Assembly: GCA_964255285.1 (NCBI GenBank)
Contig: CAXUUL010000007.1
Coordinates: forward strand, 62,001-86,089
Reading direction: 5' to 3'
Length of the DNA: 24,089 bases
Source: Ionaspis alba
Lineage: Eukaryota
The notes under the pieces were generated by a model. It worked only from the letters and a program-made list of their open reading frames with translations. It was not told the origin of the DNA and made no database searches. Numbering within the stretch: position 1 is the first letter of the stretch; every line of letters begins with the position of its first letter. Made by a program: the position numbers and the translations under genes. Positions 22,053 to 24,089 of the stretch are shown here, in pieces.

Positions 22053-22705
22053 GAATTTCCCACTATATATGCGGTTCGCTGCAAGTGTATAGATGGCATA
22101 AGATAGGAACAAGGCCTTTCATGGGACTAATACGAGCTTGGGAGCATTGGAATAGGGACGCCGCCTGGTCAGCTGTGTCGCCGGTCCGAGGTATCGACCT
22201 TTAAGAACTAGCAGATATACGTAGCACGAAATCTCAAGAGTAGACCACTTGAAAAGGGTGCTGAAGGACCAGGGACGAACAAGCGTCCGGCATTTGCCTG
22301 CCGCTTCGCTGCACCATTTCGTCACCGAGGCTTCCTCCGAAAATACACAGCAAGAGTGGAGTGGTGCCAGAAGGGTGGACTATAGTAGGCAGCATTGACC
22401 CAGTCAAACGTGTAGGACCCAATTTCAAGCTGCGCCGCAGCGATAGCCTTATCCGCTTATTCCAATCCTAGCTTAACCCATTTTGACAGCATCCAAAACA
22501 TGCCCATGAGCGTCGTGGCTCTCCCGCCCATATTAGATGGCACAGGACAGATTCTGCAGCTCCAACCACGGAAAGTTGGGTCGCAGTGCAGCTTCGATTG
22601 GAGAAGTCAATTCATGGTTAACTAGAAGCACCGAATGGCCACGAAGGTCAAGGGACGTGTAAACCTCCATTCCGTGGGGCTGTCAGCCAGAAGGGCCATG
22701 GAATA

Positions 22706-23639
22706 TCAATGGTTGCTGCCAATCCAATCCCACCATTTGCCGGCACCCAGCCCATCTGTTCCTAGGACACTCCCACCAAGGACTGTCACTGGAAGACCGA
22801 ACTCTTCCAGGTGGCTGAACTTGAAGTTTTCTTCTCCACCGTGACCGAGCCAGTCGTGCTCCTGATTTATGTTCACGTCATTCATACCAATGCCTGAATC
22901 AGGGAGACCATTCGCCCTCGAAGCCCGCACTTGACCAATCTCCAATTCCAGGGAATGTTCTACAAGTGAAGGGGGTAGTGCGGTGAAAAGATCGAGCTTA
23001 TTGACCGCAATAAGGACCGGCAGTTCTTTCAAAGCTCTCGAGGCCTTGGATACGGTCGACCGCTTCTGCAGCTGTAACAATACATCGTGCAAATATGTTG
23101 CCGCTTCCCTCAAGCCACCACTTTCAGTAGACATATTTGCTGCGTCCACAACGAAGATTATACCCCTCAGGTTCTGCGGCTTAACGACGTGGCTGATAGC
23201 ATGGGAGCGCAGCTTTCCATGTCCGGGGGTATCGACGAGAAGCACTCGCTTGTGGATCTGAAGTGAGGGATCGTTCGAAGATCGATATTTGGCAGATGCC
23301 GTGGCTGTCTCGACAGGTAGAGAAACTTCAACGGCAATGGGTGACTGCGAAGTATGAGTGGCCGCTCTCTGCCCCCGCTCAAGCTAGATACTACATCAGA
23401 TAACTCAAACAAGAACCATAGGAGAGAACGTAGTGCACCAGCGTCAGGAGAGCTGTTTTTCCAGAGCCGGTGGGTCCGACAAGTAAGAAAGAAGGCAAGC
23501 TGATGGTAGTGGGTGAGTGGTAGAATGCGAAGTGGATGAGAAGTGGGATGAATGCAGCGATGACGAGTGCAACGAGGATTGCCAGCGGGGACGGTCCAAG
23601 CAGAGAAGTCAACCAGGTGGTGGCCGAATGCCAGAGCAT
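22706..23639 (-). CDS. SRP102: Signal recognition particle receptor beta subunit (GTPase), 292 aa; exons 23639-23439, 23383-22706
   Basis: N-terminal TM helix, P-loop LLVGPTGSGKT, THTSQ, DTPGHGKLR, GIIFVVDA, and NKLD (G4) followed by LFTA. Confidence 0.93.
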
Positions 23640-23875
23640 ACTGTACTGGAAGAGCGAAGATGACGAAGAGTGGTCTGGGAACGGTAAGAGCAGACCGAAA
23701 GATTATGTAACGAATAACCAGGAAGCAAAGAGGCCAGGAGTTCGTAATACACGAAAAATTTAGAATGGTACAGCTTCACGGAACAACAATAGACCCTGCG
23801 CCACAGTGGCCGACCGCACATTAAGACCACCCACAATTCCACCAACAGCAAATTACAGAAGTAAACCCCAAAAGC

Positions 23876-24005
23876 AATTTTTTTTTACTATTTTAACCCC
23901 TATCTTACAAATTTGACCTTATTTATTTTATTAAAATAAACTATTTATGTATATAAATTTTAATAATTAACATACTACGCCAATAATATATATTTTAATA
24001 TTATC
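23876..24005. other. AT-rich low-complexity patch
   Basis: Abrupt shift to almost pure A/T with many TpA dinucleotides, a poly-T start and short inverted repeats, unlike the roughly balanced composition of the rest of the window. Confidence 0.6.
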
Positions 24006-24089
24006 GCCAGTTTCCACTTGTCAGAGAAACGACGATGAGCTACACATACTGGCTACCAATGATGGATAAATCATAGTAGTAAAATGTAT

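Noticed and set aside
29..23851. Numerous short antisense or alternate-frame ORFs in the supplied track
   Set aside because: They are shadows of the real spliced genes and none shows independent coding features. I saw no tRNA, rRNA, CRISPR or transposase signature.

Overview
This is a gene-dense, intron-rich window from a filamentous ascomycete (Pezizomycotina). The basis is mostly 45-80 nt GT-AG introns with CTRAC-type branch points and recognisable fungal housekeeping proteins. Gene order: SIN1/AVO1 (-, cut by the left edge), a disrupted LrgA/LrgB-family membrane protein gene (+), KRE9-family (-), RPL43 (+), RING+PHD protein (+), a 586-aa disordered protein with sororin-like motifs (+), PRO1 (-), ATP23 (+), Aurora kinase (-), TIP41 (+), cystathionine beta-synthase (+), SRP receptor beta (-), then a short AT-rich patch. 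The best leads are: (1) the unannotated-looking 11830-13590 protein has a YSR motif, a KEN box, a sororin-type C-terminus and an MCB promoter element; (2) the LrgB-like gene has two AG>AA splice acceptors and a frameshift; (3) PRO1 has a Pro-rich uORF, a Gcn4/CpcA site and a stop-creating NAGNAG acceptor; (4) a GC-AG intron splits the catalytic Glu codon of ATP23. Exon boundaries were read by eye and family calls come from recalled motifs. No searches were run.
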